Below, in pieces: positions 13,993 to 27,679 of a DNA stretch of 64,000 bases. The DNA is taken from positions 84,692,001-84,756,000 of the forward strand of contig OX597825.1 in the NCBI GenBank assembly GCA_951406725.2. Direction: 5' to 3'. The translations under genes and the position numbers were made by a program. The notes under the pieces were generated by a model that was not told the DNA's origin, ran no database searches, and saw nothing but the letters and a program-made list of their open reading frames with translations. Origin of the DNA: Octopus vulgaris. Lineage: Eukaryota. Within the stretch, counting starts at the first letter, position 1. Each line of letters starts with the position of its first letter.

Positions 13993-14636
13993 CTTAGTAA
14001 AATAATTAATTAATTTTACCCTCAATTGTTGAAATTATATATATATATATATACATACACATATATACACGCACGTTTACAGTGAGCGAATATACCTGAC
14101 ACCTAATACGTTTCATGTTCACAATCTAAAGGGAATACACTTTCATAACTGCGTGTGCATGTTTGTATGTGTGTATGTATGTACGTACGCATTTTTATAT
14201 GTATGTGTAGTCATATACACACACACACACCCACACCTACACACACACACACGTTTATTCTTATATACATATACACGTTTACCTCCGTTAACAAAACTGT
14301 TACGTATCACTATTCCGCTATTTCTTCCCTTTTAATGCAACGTGGAAGACTTAGACCTTTTCCTATATCTCACCCTAACGCACGACGGCTTTTACATACG
14401 ATTTCTCTTGTTAAAAATGTTACGGATGAGTCTGTCTTCAGCTTTGTAGACTCTACAATCTGTCTTGTTTACGTTTTAAGATCTCCGTTAGTAAGTTTGA
14501 CATTTTGCATACAATCTCAAAGACACCGACATTAATCTCACCAGATTTCTTTTCCTGCACCATTTATACAAACCTATTTCTCATTGAATTTGTTCTGTCC
14601 TCTGACTTATGATCTTCCTGGCCTATATTTGGATAC

Positions 14637-15262
14637 AGTGGATGTGCAATGGCCCGGTGGTTAGGGAAGAGGACTCGCGGTTGCAGCAACGTGGTATCCA
14701 TTCCAAGGCGGCGAGCTGGCAGAAACGTTAGCACGCCGGGCGAAATGCTTAGCAGTATTTCGTCTGCGTTACGATGTGAGTTCAAATTCCGCCGAGGTCG
14801 ACTTTGCCTTTCATCCTTTCGGGGTCGATAGATTAAGTACCAGTTACGCACTGGGGTCGATGTAATCGACTTAATACCTATGTCAGTCCTTCTTTGTCTC
14901 CCTCTGTGTTTAGCCCCTTGTGGGTAATAAAGAAATAGGTATCCATTCCCAGACCGGGCGTTGCGAGTGTTTATTGAGTGAAATACCTAAAGCCCCACGA
15001 TGTTCCTGCAGGGATGGTGGAGAACCTTGCTGTACTCTTTCACCATAACTTTCCCTCACTCATTCTTCCTGTTTCTGTTGTACCTGTATTTCAAAGGGCC
15101 AGCATTGTCATACCTCTGTGTCACAATGAATCTCCCCCGAGAACTACGTTAAGAGTACACGTGTCTGTGGAGTACTCAGCCACTTGCACGTTAATTTCAC
15201 TAGCACGCTGTTCCGTTAATCGAATCAGCTGGAAACCTCGTCGTCGCAACCGACGGAATGAC
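14637..15262 (+). mobile_element. SINE D1 (same tRNA-like head as D2, different 3' half), interrupted by B2
   Basis: Head gtggatgtgcaatggcccggtggttagg and shared middle cagaccgggcgttg..tttattgag..cctaaag; diverges from D2 after ttcctgtttct. Confidence 0.8.
14707..14937 (+). mobile_element. Full-length SINE B2 inserted in D1
   Basis: ggcggcgagctggcagaaacgttagc...taataaagaaata; 12-bp TSD ggtatccattcc at 14693-14704 and 14938-14949. Confidence 0.92.
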
Positions 15263-16079
15263 ACGAATATTTGGATACATCTTCCTTTAAACTCTAATGA
15301 CGCATCTATGTCTTAGTTATAATAAATTATTTTTAATATATTTTGTTACTTGAATAATATATCTTTCTGTGTTCTAACATAATAGTGAAAGAAAAATTAC
15401 CTCTCCCACAGAGTGTGCTACGGAAGATGTTTTAGGACTTTAATGCGAGTGCTATAGGTTAACCCATATTCATTTAACCAAGGTTTGAATAATTCTTCTC
15501 ACAGCAACGTATGAAAATCACTCAATCAAAAATTCCTATTTAACCCAAGATATATCTACGAATATTCCAGATAATAAACACATTAAATTCGGAGAAACCT
15601 GACATTTCACTTGAATTACCAAAATGATGAATTGCCAATGGCTTATGTTTTGAATCTTCAAAGAATTTGTTTCTAAAATTGAGATGACCTTCTACTAATA
15701 TATATTCACTTGCCATGTAATTCAAAGATTTTGGCGTCCATCGTTTCAAAAATCGCTCGCATATATTTAACATTAAACACCAGTTTTATTGGATATCCAT
15801 CTCTTTCAATAACACCCTTCAAATATTTTGTAAATCGCAATGGGAACCGATTAACAGGATGCTGATAAGCGGTTTATATTATCTATAGTGATGCTGATGC
15901 TGTAGTTGTTACTGTTTCTCTTCATTCCTCTATTATCCAAAATCTATGGACATTATAACATTTCTTGAGCTATTCGAACCATTCATTACAATCAATAAAA
16001 ATTTGAGTTACTCAGCTTATTTTACCAAATCAATATCAATTCCGATTCCAACAGATTATTTAGCATGCTGTCCAAAATA

Positions 16080-16240
16080 CTTGGCGCTATTTCGTCCGTC
16101 TTTACTCTCCAAGTTCAAATTCCGATGAGGTCAACTTTACCTTTCATTCCTTCGGGGTCGATAACATAAGTACCAGTTGAACACTGGGGTTGATATAATC
16201 GATTTAACCCCTCCTTCCGAAATTGCCGGACTCATGCCAG
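16080..16240 (+). mobile_element. Degraded SINE B1
   Basis: tatttcgtccgtctttac..gttcaaattccgatgaggtcaactttacctttcattccttcggggtcgata. Confidence 0.75.
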
Positions 16241-16618
16241 TATTAACTTCATTCTACCCCCCCCCCATCAAATGATTTAGCACTCAGTCACACCATGACC
16301 TGCAATGGCGCTTGTTAATACTGAAATATAAACTAATTCTTACCAAATAAGTTGACTGAAAACATATTTACGACTATTCTTAATTCTCTGCGTGTAACTT
16401 TTGGATTCAAAATAAAATGGTGAGAATTCCATTTTCTGATTTTTGTTAAAAAAATGTTCTCCATGTTTTTACCGTAGTTGTTGTTGCTGTTGTTGATGTT
16501 GTTGATGTAGTTATTTATGTTGTTGTTGTCATCGTTTTTCATCAACGTCGCCGTCCTTGTTGCTGATGTTATAGACATTACTGCTATTATAGCTGTCATT
16601 GCCTCTGCTGCTGCTGCT

Positions 16619-17014
16619 TTGTTTGTTTGTTGAGCGAAGCAGTCTTCGTCCCAGAGCTCACAAGATCGCGCCTCTGTAGTGGGAGAAGTCCGAAACGCGG
16701 TCCTTTGATATTCGTAAGACCCGCAGAAGAGAAAGCAGGTCAACCCCCGACACCGAGAGCATCGACGGATGGATGAATGCGCATCCAAGCTCAGCGGTTG
16801 CGTACGAAGTCGGGGACAAGAAACAGGAAGAAAGATTGAGAGAAAGTTGGGGCGAAAGAGTACAACAAGGGTCGCCATCACCCCTTGCCGGAGTATCGTG
16901 GAGTTTTAGGTGTTTTCGCTCAATAAACACACACAACGCCCAATCTGGGAATCGAAACCGCGATCCTCCGACCGCGAGTTCCTCGCCGTAACCACTGGGC
17001 CATTGCGCCTCCAC
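16619..17014 (-). mobile_element. Full-length SINE D2
   Basis: tRNA-like head gtggaggcgcaatggcccagtggtta...ggtttcgattccc, (AAAC)n tail, TSD tgctgctgctgct at 16606-16618 and 17016-17028. Confidence 0.9.
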
Positions 17015-17460
17015 TTGCTGCTGCTGCTGTTTTGTAGCAGAAAGAACAGCAACTCCTATACTCGTTGTTGTTTGTTATAAATGTTTATTCAGCATTCCCT
17101 TTGAGCTAAACTACAATCACTAACAATCCAGATCTGACCATTTCGTTTTTCTTTCGAGTACAGTGATAAGTAAGGCTAGGTTAAGTAATGTGCCGCTATT
17201 AATTTTAAAAGGGTAATGAGAGATTTTCTGGATATTTAGCTGTTATATATAGAAGGTTGATCGATAAGGAGGTTCCCCCGACGGTTCGTTTAATCATGTA
17301 ATTGGGATGTTGCCTAAAAAACACACGAAAAAACAGAAGAGTTAAGCCGAGCGTAGCATTTGTTAACGAAACGGAAACCGCTGATGGTTTCCTACACGGA
17401 AAATGAAACCAGCGGAACGAAGATTTGGGAATCCTTAGATGCATTCATAATGAGACAATG

Positions 17461-17512
<52 letters not shown>

Positions 17513-17694
17513 TACACACACACACACACACAAAAGCACATACATACATACTCAAAAACACGTGCATATACATCCACGCATTCGCATGCGTAAGTACAAA
17601 CATAAGTATATGTGTGTGTGTGATGTGTGTGTGGTGTATGTGTATATATACATACATATGTATCTCTATCTACCTATACAAGTGCGTGTGAGAG

Positions 17695-17733
<39 letters not shown>

Positions 17734-17798
17734 CAGATATAGATATACGGATTCATACATAAACATATACATATATTTGTGTATATTTCATACATACA

Positions 17799-17847
<49 letters not shown>

Positions 17848-18075
17848 ATAAGATCGGTAATTTAAAATATAATAAAGATTTATCAAGTGGCCAGCATGGA
17901 AAAAATAACCTTCAAAGTTAATAATCATTAAAATTATAAATTAGGGTATCTACGAGATACCACCATGCTGAAAATAGCAGCCATGATCTGACTCTAAAAC
18001 CACCATAACTATCCATATAGCAACACGGAGAGAAGACAAGGAGACAAGATGAAACTAGTAAAAAATGGACTGGAT

Positions 18076-18135
18076 AATTCTAGATACCGGATTTCTGACT
18101 TTGTATTTAGGAATGCTCTACCTCGTCAGTGGATT
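18076..18135 (-). ncRNA. Degenerate hammerhead-like motif at the end of a (TA)n-adjacent insert (about 17843-18140)
   Basis: Minus strand: aatcca-CTGACGA-...-GAAA-tccgg-TA-tctagaatt; the stems are eroded. Confidence 0.35.
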
Positions 18136-18234
18136 ACACACAGAAAAGAAACATAAATACATATATATGTAAATACAACAGACGAATACTTAAATATACG
18201 AACGTATACATACATATATATGCACGTATGCATC

Positions 18235-18420
18235 ATAGGCACATGACGTCACGAAACGATTACATGGAATATCAACTATTTTTCGAACAACGAAAGACAC
18301 AAATGGAAAACAAAACAGACAACATAAAGAACGGCCCTTTCACTCGAAAGACATGAATACACACTCACCCACGTACAAACTCGTATGAAGTTGGTAACTC
18401 CGAGATTCTCTCTCAAACGT
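18235..18420. repeat. Interspersed repeat, related to 44868-45145
   Basis: Shared blocks gacgtca, aacaacgaa, caaatggaaaacaa, aacataaagaacg and aagttggtaact. Confidence 0.6.
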
Positions 18421-19479
18421 TCTGTCAAGGAATTTCCAGAGTTAGTCTTATTATCAACTGCGTGTGGCAACAGCATTGTACTAGGAAATGTTATCTATAC
18501 CGCGTATTGAGGAAGCATCCGCTCGTCTGTTAAACTAAATCGTATCTATGTGTGTGTTTATATGTGTATGCATGCATATGTGTGAATGTTTCTGCTTTTG
18601 TGTGGCTACTTTTGTGTGGTGAATGTGTGTGTGTTTGTGATAATTTCATATTATTAGACAGATAAGAAATGGCTGACTCTCCACAATTTCTGCAACTGCT
18701 ACTGTTGCTGCCGATAGTGCTGTTAATGTTGGTGACGGTACCTACTTTGCAAGCGGTGATCTCTGACAGTTGTCAGTCGAACGTTTATTGAATTCAAGTC
18801 TGCTTTTAAAATGATTTAGCATTTGTGTTATTCTTCAATTTAATTCACTAATAGTTGCAATTTTCGCTATGGAACATGGTCTACGACCTGAATGATTCAC
18901 TTTGGTAGAGACAATTCTTAGACTTCACACACCTTTAATCATTGTCTACTCATCTTTGCAGTGAATATAGACACATTCGGAGGAACTCGTAACTTTTATC
19001 TGAAACTCTTATTTATATCGACGGAAACATTAAGTTTTATCTCACAATCCCACTGAACGCTGTAACTTCAGAAAATTGAAACATTTATTCTGTAGACTCC
19101 GACCGAGCAATAAAACGTTTCATTGAAATAACAAAGAACGTGGCGTGACAGATATTCGCCATTCGTCATTATCAATTGATCAGAGGCTCAGTTAATGAAT
19201 ACGTAGGTCTGCTATGATTCTAACTTGGAATGCATCACGCTTCATAAAAAGAGAGACAAAAATCTGACATACACGCATAACCGAAAACTTGCATCGTATT
19301 CGATGCAGGCAACTGAAGAATACAATCTTTAGCTTTCAAATTCGACCATAGATCAGGCTCATACCATCAAAATAGCTATGGGAGCAACTCCGGCCTCTCC
19401 CTCCCACTCTCTCTCGGTTTGTCTCTCTGCTCGTCTCTCTGTGTCTCTGTCTGTCGCGCTGGTCCTCTCTTTTGCCCAT

Positions 19480-19512
<33 letters not shown>

Positions 19513-19619
19513 ATCACACACACAAACACACATAAACACACGCACACACACACACACAAACACACACATGCACAACCACACACAAACGCGCAAATTTATG
19601 CTCAAAAATATATTGGTTT

Positions 19620-19841
19620 CTGGCGGAAACGTTAGCACGCCGGGCGAGATGCTTAGCGGTATTTCGTCTGCCGCTACGTTCTGAGTTCAAATTCCGCCGA
19701 GGTCGACTTTGCCTTTCACCTTTTCGGGGTCGATTAAATAAGCACCAGTTCTGCACTAGGGTCGATATAATCGACTTAATCCGTTTGTCTGTCCTTGTTT
19801 GTCCTCTCTGTGTTTAGCCCCTTGTGGGTAGTAAAGAAATA
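19620..19841 (+). mobile_element. SINE B2, slightly 5'-truncated
   Basis: Family consensus match; flanked by ggttt at 19615-19619 and 19842-19846. Confidence 0.9.
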
Positions 19842-22800
19842 GGTTTATAATAAGGCAACTAACTACTGCACATTGGACAAGTTGATTATTCCAGCGGCCT
19901 TCACTACCGGGACTCTGACCCTCAGCATGAATTTCATTTTCCCGAAGATTATCTAACACGTGACCATCGCTGTTGCATTTGTTAAAAACTAACCCGTCAT
20001 CACGGTACACTCCAATTACAGAATTGTTTGTAACTAGAGTTGCCCATAAAAGTTTCTACACTACTTCCACATCATAAGCTTGAGATGATGAAGAATAACT
20101 TTCTGAAATATAATCTCACTTATGTCCATCACAACAAGACTCTTAAAATTTTCTAACTTATTGGCAAACCTATATATAACTCCATTTGATGCGAAATCTT
20201 GGAAAATATGAAATTATATGTTTATTTCCTTCTGTGAATAACATATCCCCCAACTCAAAACTACCTCATCATCTGTTGGTTTTGTGAGTTTTCTTTTCTA
20301 GTAAACGTAATCCCAGTTGTTTGCCAACAACATATGGACTACAAATTATCATTTCTTTTTTTTTGCATTCATGTTCATAGCTGCGCACACAAAGTAACAA
20401 ATGTTGGAAATTACACAAACGCAGACAAACACACACATAAAATTATATATATATATATGCATACATAACGACATACACACGCATTTATATATATAAATAT
20501 GTATATACATACATACATACACACACATACACACATGCATACACACATGTATACATACTTACGTTCCTATATACATACAAGCTTATGCATATATATCCAC
20601 ACGTGTATTAGTGATAACAAATAACCCTTCCCTAATTGGATCAAAATCACGCATCTGATTAGCTGACTGTAATGTTGTTCAGGGGAGAATAAAAAAGAAT
20701 TCATTGAGATTTTACTTAAAATGCCAATCTATATCCAGAGAGACAGGAGGAGGAAGAGAACGAGGGGAAGAGAGAAAGTGAGGTGCAGAGAAAGAGAAGA
20801 AAAGAGAGGATGAGGAAGTGTTAGAAGGAGATGGAAAGTGATAGAGAATGTTATGCACACACATATCCCATTGTATGTCTCAACTTTAAATGCACAAATA
20901 TATGTACGGCCACCACCAACCTCTCTCCCTTTCCATATTGATTTAAGATATTTTCAGATCCCAGCAATTAAAACTAGATGTAAAGAACCGTCCTGTGATA
21001 TTGTAAAACTGTAAAATATTCTACAATGAATAATAAATATTTTCTTGTAGTGTTTATCGAAAAAAAAAATATGTATTAGATCTCAAACATTCACGGATCA
21101 GTGAATGGCCGAGGTACTAAACGAAAGAGCGTCTCCATGCTGTTGCTTAGCCTGCTAGAAACAAGAGCCAAATTTCGTTCATATCATGTTTGTCCTGTTG
21201 ATTTATAGGAAAGGAAGGAATAACACGTTGGTTAATGTGGTTCTGGATACATTGTGTTTAAAACATAAAGATTGAAGGGAAAAGAAACCTGGGATGTGTT
21301 TAATCATAAAGTTTGTTCAATCAAAGGTAAATTGCAGTGAAGCAACAACATCACCGCCAACAATAACAACAGCATCAATAACAGCATCAAGAACTGCAAG
21401 AACAGCAATAACGAGGATCACCGTTCCAACAAAATCAACATTATCAGCAGTAATAGTTCCAACAATGGTGACAGAAACAGCGACAACAACATCATTTCAA
21501 CAAGAACAAAGACGTTTCAATCTCGCCAACAACAATATGAGAATCAACAAGAACAACAATAACATCGCTAACAAAACATCAACAGGGCCAATAATAACTG
21601 CATCAACATTATTAACATCAACCAATGTACGGTGCTGTTCATAATTGTGCACCAAATTTATTTGTACAGATCTTCGCAACAGAATTGGTAAATGTTCGGT
21701 GAGCTGTGCGCATGCGTCATTTTCTCTCCAAGAGTATATCTATTTCACTTCCAACTCATTTTACTATGATGGTGACAAACTTCAATTATATTCTGGACGC
21801 TTTATGATTCACATTGGAATACCGCATAGAAACCCGCCCCTACCTCCACGACCCTGGTCTTCTGTACATTTCCCATATGAAACCCTTCATCCAATCTTTC
21901 CTGTTCACAGTAGCTTCTTGGATCTGAAGTATTTTCCTGCAAATATCTTTCTACTAAAGTTTGTACGGAATACCCAGCGTCTACAACCAATAATCGGGAA
22001 CAGTCATAATGCACCATTCTTCACTCTAGAAATAACAGCCAAAGCTGCCTCAAGGCACACTATACTGCCTTAAAGCGGAGTGACACACATGTTGCAAATA
22101 CACAATGCCTAAGAGAACCGGGCTAAGAAACATAGATAGAATTTTGTCTTGGATGACGTCTCTGTACAGTTTGAACTCATCAAACGGCGAAAATAGAAAT
22201 GTTTCCTAGGAGATAGAGTGATTTTCTAAGAATTCTACACCATTTAACTGTGTTGAAAGAACATTAAGGCTACATCACGAATGAAAACTGTATAAATCCG
22301 ATCATACTTTATAAAGATTCACAATTTGTCGGTGGAAATTCAGCCACAAGTCTCATATTCCATGTGGGAAAGCAAAGTAAACGGTGCCACTATCAGACAT
22401 TTTCTAACAGTGTAAATGAAATCAGGGAAATAAATACTCCACTACAAGTGGGAGGCAAAATTCAATGGACTTCAGTATTGCCTTGTCTAAACTCTTGTTT
22501 CTATTTTTCGGTGATTGAGAGAAACGCAAGTTTACACTGTTTGAAGTACTTGGAGACCTGTAATACACATTGTGTATTGAATGCCATGTTTTATCACGCA
22601 TTTATCAGGTGTGAATGGAACATAATGCCAATTAATTCTATCATTTTCATTTGTATTAGAATATGAAGGATGGAGGTAAACGCGGTGAGACAACAATTTC
22701 TATTGAATTGATAAATCATTCGAACATAACTACAGTTTTTGCCAACGAAACATGGCTACGCCTATCAATCAATTAGGTTGTTTCGTCTTTCAGCTAGTTT

Positions 22801-23229
22801 TTCTTCTCTCTCCAAAAGAAATTGCAGTTTGTTTTTCTTATAGACACAAAAAAGAAATTATTATTCTTTCATAAGTGCGAGGGAAAGATGGCGTTTCTCT
22901 GATGTTTACAGGCTTCCCAGGAGATATAGATAGTGATTTTCTAAGAATTCCACATCATTCAGCTGTGAGGAAACAACGTTGAGGTTTCATCGCAACAAGT
23001 TGTCACCAGATCTCCACAAGATCTCACTAACAACTCATTGATACACCTATGAATGATTGGCTTACCGTAAGATTCTTGTCTGAATCTCTTTTCAATCTCA
23101 TTCCATTCACTTCACCTATGTGACTAATGCCTTTTCATGCCGTTGTTCTTTCTGAAATTTTGGCTGTGGTGCTATTTGAACCTGGACGATGTAAACTTAT
23201 CTTTAATTACTCTCAAGTAAAGACCATCC

Positions 23230-23465
23230 TGTTTTCTTTTTTACTACCCACAAGGGGCTAAACACAGTGGGGACAAACAAGGACAAACAAAGGGATTAAG
23301 TTGATTACATCGACCCCAGTGCGAATCTGGTTCTTTGTCTATCGACCCCGAAAGGATGTAAGGCAAAGTCTACCTCGGCTGAATTTGAACTCAGAACGTA
23401 GCAGCAGACGAAATACCGCTAAGCATTTCGCCCGGCACGCTAACGACCTGCCAGCTCGCCGCCTT
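23230..23465 (-). mobile_element. SINE B2
   Basis: Full head-to-tail match on the minus strand. Confidence 0.9.
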
Positions 23466-23725
23466 GAGTTTTTAAGGAATAGTGTACTTCGTACCGCTTC
23501 CAAGGACAAATAGCATGTGTTGCAAGGTGTAAGGTGAGGCACGTTTGACTGCTATTTCAAGTAATTTCAATAACAATCTAGATGTTCTGCCGTTGTCTTT
23601 TATTTATTTATGTTTTTTAGGGTAACTCAACACTCGAGGTAAACTCTTGCAAACTTGAGACCAAATTCCAGTTTCTGATTAACGTCTTTGCAATAAATTT
23701 TTGAATCGACCAAGAAAGTCGACTA

Positions 23726-24903
23726 TTAACAACTAAATCCCTCAAATCACCTCCCTGTCCCTTATGCCGGTCTCCGCAAAACCTTCTACCCGCTAACCGG
23801 CATGCTCGCTAGCTAGCCTAGCTTCCTTATAAAAACCTGGTGATTGATGTCAATAAATCTGAAACAAAGAATCAATACAGCAACGATAAATATGATTTTC
23901 TTGAATGTTCTTTCTTCGTTTTCTTACTTTCAGATGAATGTCATGAAAAAAGTTACTGCCCAGACATGGAGGGAAGAAAGAGAAAAACAACATGCTTTAA
24001 ATATTATATGAAAAAGCAACAGTATAAGTTTTGCGATAAAAGGAGGCATCTAACGGAATATTTCATATGCATGTAATAAATATTCAGATGCTAGTTGTAA
24101 GCCAAGCCTTGTTAGATAAGGATAATAAATTACGATAATCCGGTGACGTCGTAGACACTTGTGAAATCCTCTATATTCGTATATGACTACTAATAACCAT
24201 CAAACCGCTCGATTATCGATGAATAAATAACACTACCAGAAACGGTATTAGCATCTTGTGAATAATAAAATAAAAGCTAAATAAATCAAAGAAATATATG
24301 TTCTTAAAGAAGTCTTTATAGATCAATGGAACTGGATGTATATTTTGTCTCTAAGTCAGTTACAGCTTCAGAAATTCTTCGGTGTTGCTACAATTTCTAG
24401 ATTTATGACGAGAGAAATAACTAAAGAACAAGGACATTTAACAAAAAGATTTTACCTTAATTAACTTAATTATTTTGAGATAAAATTTCCTGGGATTGAT
24501 TTTAATTGTAAGGCCTTAATTTTCGGACCTCGCGTAATACATCAACAGAACCGAATTAATTACGCTACAGCTAATAATTAATTACTTCAATAAAGAAATT
24601 AGTATTTTAAAATTTTGGCACAAGGTCAGAAATTTTATGGGAGGGAGGTGTAAGCCGATTACATCGACCCCAGTACTCAACTGGTACTTATTTTATCGAC
24701 TTCGAAAAGATGAAAGGCAAAGTCGACCTCGGTGAAATTTGAACTCAGAACCTAACTGAATAAAATAATGACTTGAGATAGATATATGAGTTATCTGGTG
24801 AAGGTTTGTTTCCGCAAACACTTAATAGAATGAAACTAGGCAGAAGGTTTTGCGGAGACCGGCATAACGGACAGGGAGGTGATGTGAGGGATTTAGTTGT
24901 TAA
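23726..24903. repeat. 65-bp inverted repeat pair about 1.05 kb apart (possible TIR element)
   Basis: 23726-23790 matches the reverse complement of 24839-24903 at 62/65 positions by eye. Confidence 0.75.
24612..24752 (-). mobile_element. SINE B1 3' fragment
   Basis: ggcacaagg...cgattacatcgaccccagtactcaactggtactta...gaactcagaac. Confidence 0.8.
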
Positions 24904-25121
24904 ACCCTAGTTTTTGGAAGGTTTCTTGCCTGGTGTTCAGAGCTGTTTGAATTATGTTTAATATTTATAATTCACGCATGTCTATCATCCTTCAAATACT
25001 CCTGGATTTAAAAAAATTCGATTTCCATACGCCTGAAGTAATTCGGGCTTTAAGCCTCTCTTTCTCCCACTCATTCACTCTCTCTTTCTCTCTCAATCTC
25101 CATCTATCTATCTATCTATCC

Positions 25122-25182
<61 letters not shown>

Positions 25183-26136
25183 GTTACATTTCTGCCTGTC
25201 TATCTATCTCAAAATACTTCCCGTTGTAGCTGTTACAGTTGCTCGGTAAAGATGAAGATACTAAGGAAGATATATCTGTAAAAAAAATACAAAAAAAAAA
25301 AAAACAAGTAAAAATCCATTGGATTATGTGGAGAATATCTGCGTATATCTTGTTTTCTTTCTACCACATGGGGATTAAATGCTATGAAGAAGGTTTGTTA
25401 AGAGATGAAAGAATCAACATTATCGGCAGCAGACGACTGCCACATTCAATTACTCCTCGCCTTAAAATACTATCGAATTCTTTACATCTAATATATTTTT
25501 TCTCTATTTGGTTTTTATTCCAAACTTATTTCTTAAAATTAGATCCAAATAATTTCTCAACGTCGCTTAAGCTGATTTTCTATGGATTCCACCTTGATTT
25601 ACTGAAGTGTTCCAGATCCTGTAATCCTTTATTCGCTACTTAATGCCATCTTCCACAAAAGAATCGTTAAATTTATTTTATGAGCTTCCGAATTTAAAAG
25701 CTGGTTTCCTTTATATGTATGTGTGTGCGTGTGTGTGTGCATGCAGATATGTCTGTATGTATCTGTGTCTTTACTTGCGTATATGTCCGTATATGCGTGG
25801 CTGTGTTTGTACTTGGTGTATGTGTGTAGGAGTATGTGTGCTATTGTTTGTAGTAATCTACAAAGTTGTTAAGACTATGAAGTCCTACCAGTCATATGCG
25901 GGGTCAAATCTATCAACTCTTCGGTGATTTACATCTATAATTGAGTTTCAAAATCGATTAACTTTGAACAGGTAAGAGAATCGGGTGCAACTATCTTCAA
26001 CAGGGGGGTCTGTTGCACGTCAGGGGATCTAGCAACTTGTAGTTTTTCTTCGTCTTAAGTAAAAGAGATGACATTATGAAATAAAATAGATGTTCCTCGA
26101 ATGAAATGTATTATTTACTCCTGAAATAATCCCTCC

Positions 26137-26498
26137 TATTATAGGCACAAGGCCCCAGTACGAAACTGGTATTTAATTTATGAATCTCGATAGGATGAAA
26201 GTCAATGTCAACCTTGGCAGAATTTTAATTGAGAACATAAAGTCAGACGAATTACCTAATTCTTTACTACCCACAAGGGGCTAGACACAGAAGGGACAAA
26301 CAAAGACAGAAAAACGGATTAAGTCTATTATATCGACCCCAGTGCGTAACTGGTACTTAATTTATCGACCCCGAAAGCTTGAAAGGCAAAGTCAACCCCG
26401 GCAGAGTTTGAACGTAAATACGAGTTTGAACGTAAATACTGACGAAATACCGCTAAGTATTCCTCCCGGCCTGCTAACGATTCTGCCAGATCGCCACC
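26137..26498 (-). mobile_element. Composite SINE: B2 (26257-26498) joined to B1 3' part
   Basis: Minus-strand junction gtaaagaatta|ggtaattcgtc. Confidence 0.8.
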
Positions 26499-26975
26499 GT
26501 TTTTGCTCCTGAAATAATGTAAGCGTCTGAATGGTGCAGCGTCATGTGCACTCTTAGGTAATTCCCAGGCAGAACCAATGACATATGGTGTGTGACAAGC
26601 GTGTGTTTGTTTTTAATTTCATGTACTTCATTGAATTTAATTCAGTTTGTGTTTACACAGTATCAACCGCAAGTGATAAGTCAACTTGAGTTTATAAAAA
26701 AAAATATCCTTTGCACAAGGTACCATGCAGTAGCATCAAACAAGGTACCTCCTCGTGGTTTGCAATGCAATCTCCTTAACCATTCGAACAAAGAGCTACA
26801 GTCTACCATATTGTGGTTATGTAAAAGACGAAGGTTCCATGCCTGTATCCTTTCATGTATTCTTGATAGAATGCTATGAGATCGGTTCTTATTGTTGACA
26901 GTAGTAGTCATATATAAGATGGAGACGAATTCCAACGTTCAATGTGGCAGGCTTGTATGTATGTATGTATGTATG

Positions 26976-27006
<31 letters not shown>

Positions 27007-27128
27007 GTGTAAATGTAAGTATGCATGTATGTAAGTTTATATATGTAGATATAATTACATACCTACTTACATACATACATACATTGATACGCGCACTGCA
27101 TAGATGTATTGGTTATTGATCCGAAATT

Positions 27129-27439
27129 ATACCCCATAATTCATTAACAATTTTCTCATGATTATAATTTTAGGCTAGATTTTCATTTAACGATAATTCA
27201 ATTTTTGTCAGTTTAAGAATTCATATTTTTCAATAAATTTTCAATAAATATATAACAAATAAATATTGTAAATAAACATAATGAATATATAACGAAAAAT
27301 ATAATAAATATATAAATAATAAATGAAATATATAAATATGTATATCAGGTATGTTGAATAAAAAGATAATAAATAGACAAATATAATAGATATATAATGA
27401 ATAAATATAATAATTAGATAAATAGATATAATATATATA

Positions 27440-27496
<57 letters not shown>

Positions 27497-27679
27497 ATAG
27501 TTAAAGATAATAAATCAACCAATATAGGGAATCTATTCTTTATTGATATATTTTCATGGTTCAAGAAATATCACTGGAAACGAAATTCCTCAAAAGCGAT
27601 ATTTATTTCATAAAAACGTTAAATAAACGAAATTTTATTGCGAGAAATAAATAACAAGAAAGGTGTAATTTTGGGGTAT
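27129..27679. mobile_element. Old MITE-like element with imperfect long TIRs
   Basis: taccccataatt versus aattttggggta, with further mirrored blocks (tttctc/gagaaa, atttaacg/cgttaaat). Confidence 0.45.

Noticed and set aside
15400-15880. Possible ancient PLE GIY-YIG remnant on the minus strand (LAIHHF, KPWLN)
   Set aside because: Only scattered short motifs across broken frames; needs an HMM search.
14637-17014. tRNA genes suggested by A/B boxes
   Set aside because: They are SINE heads continuing into repeat bodies with TSDs; no complete cloverleaf.
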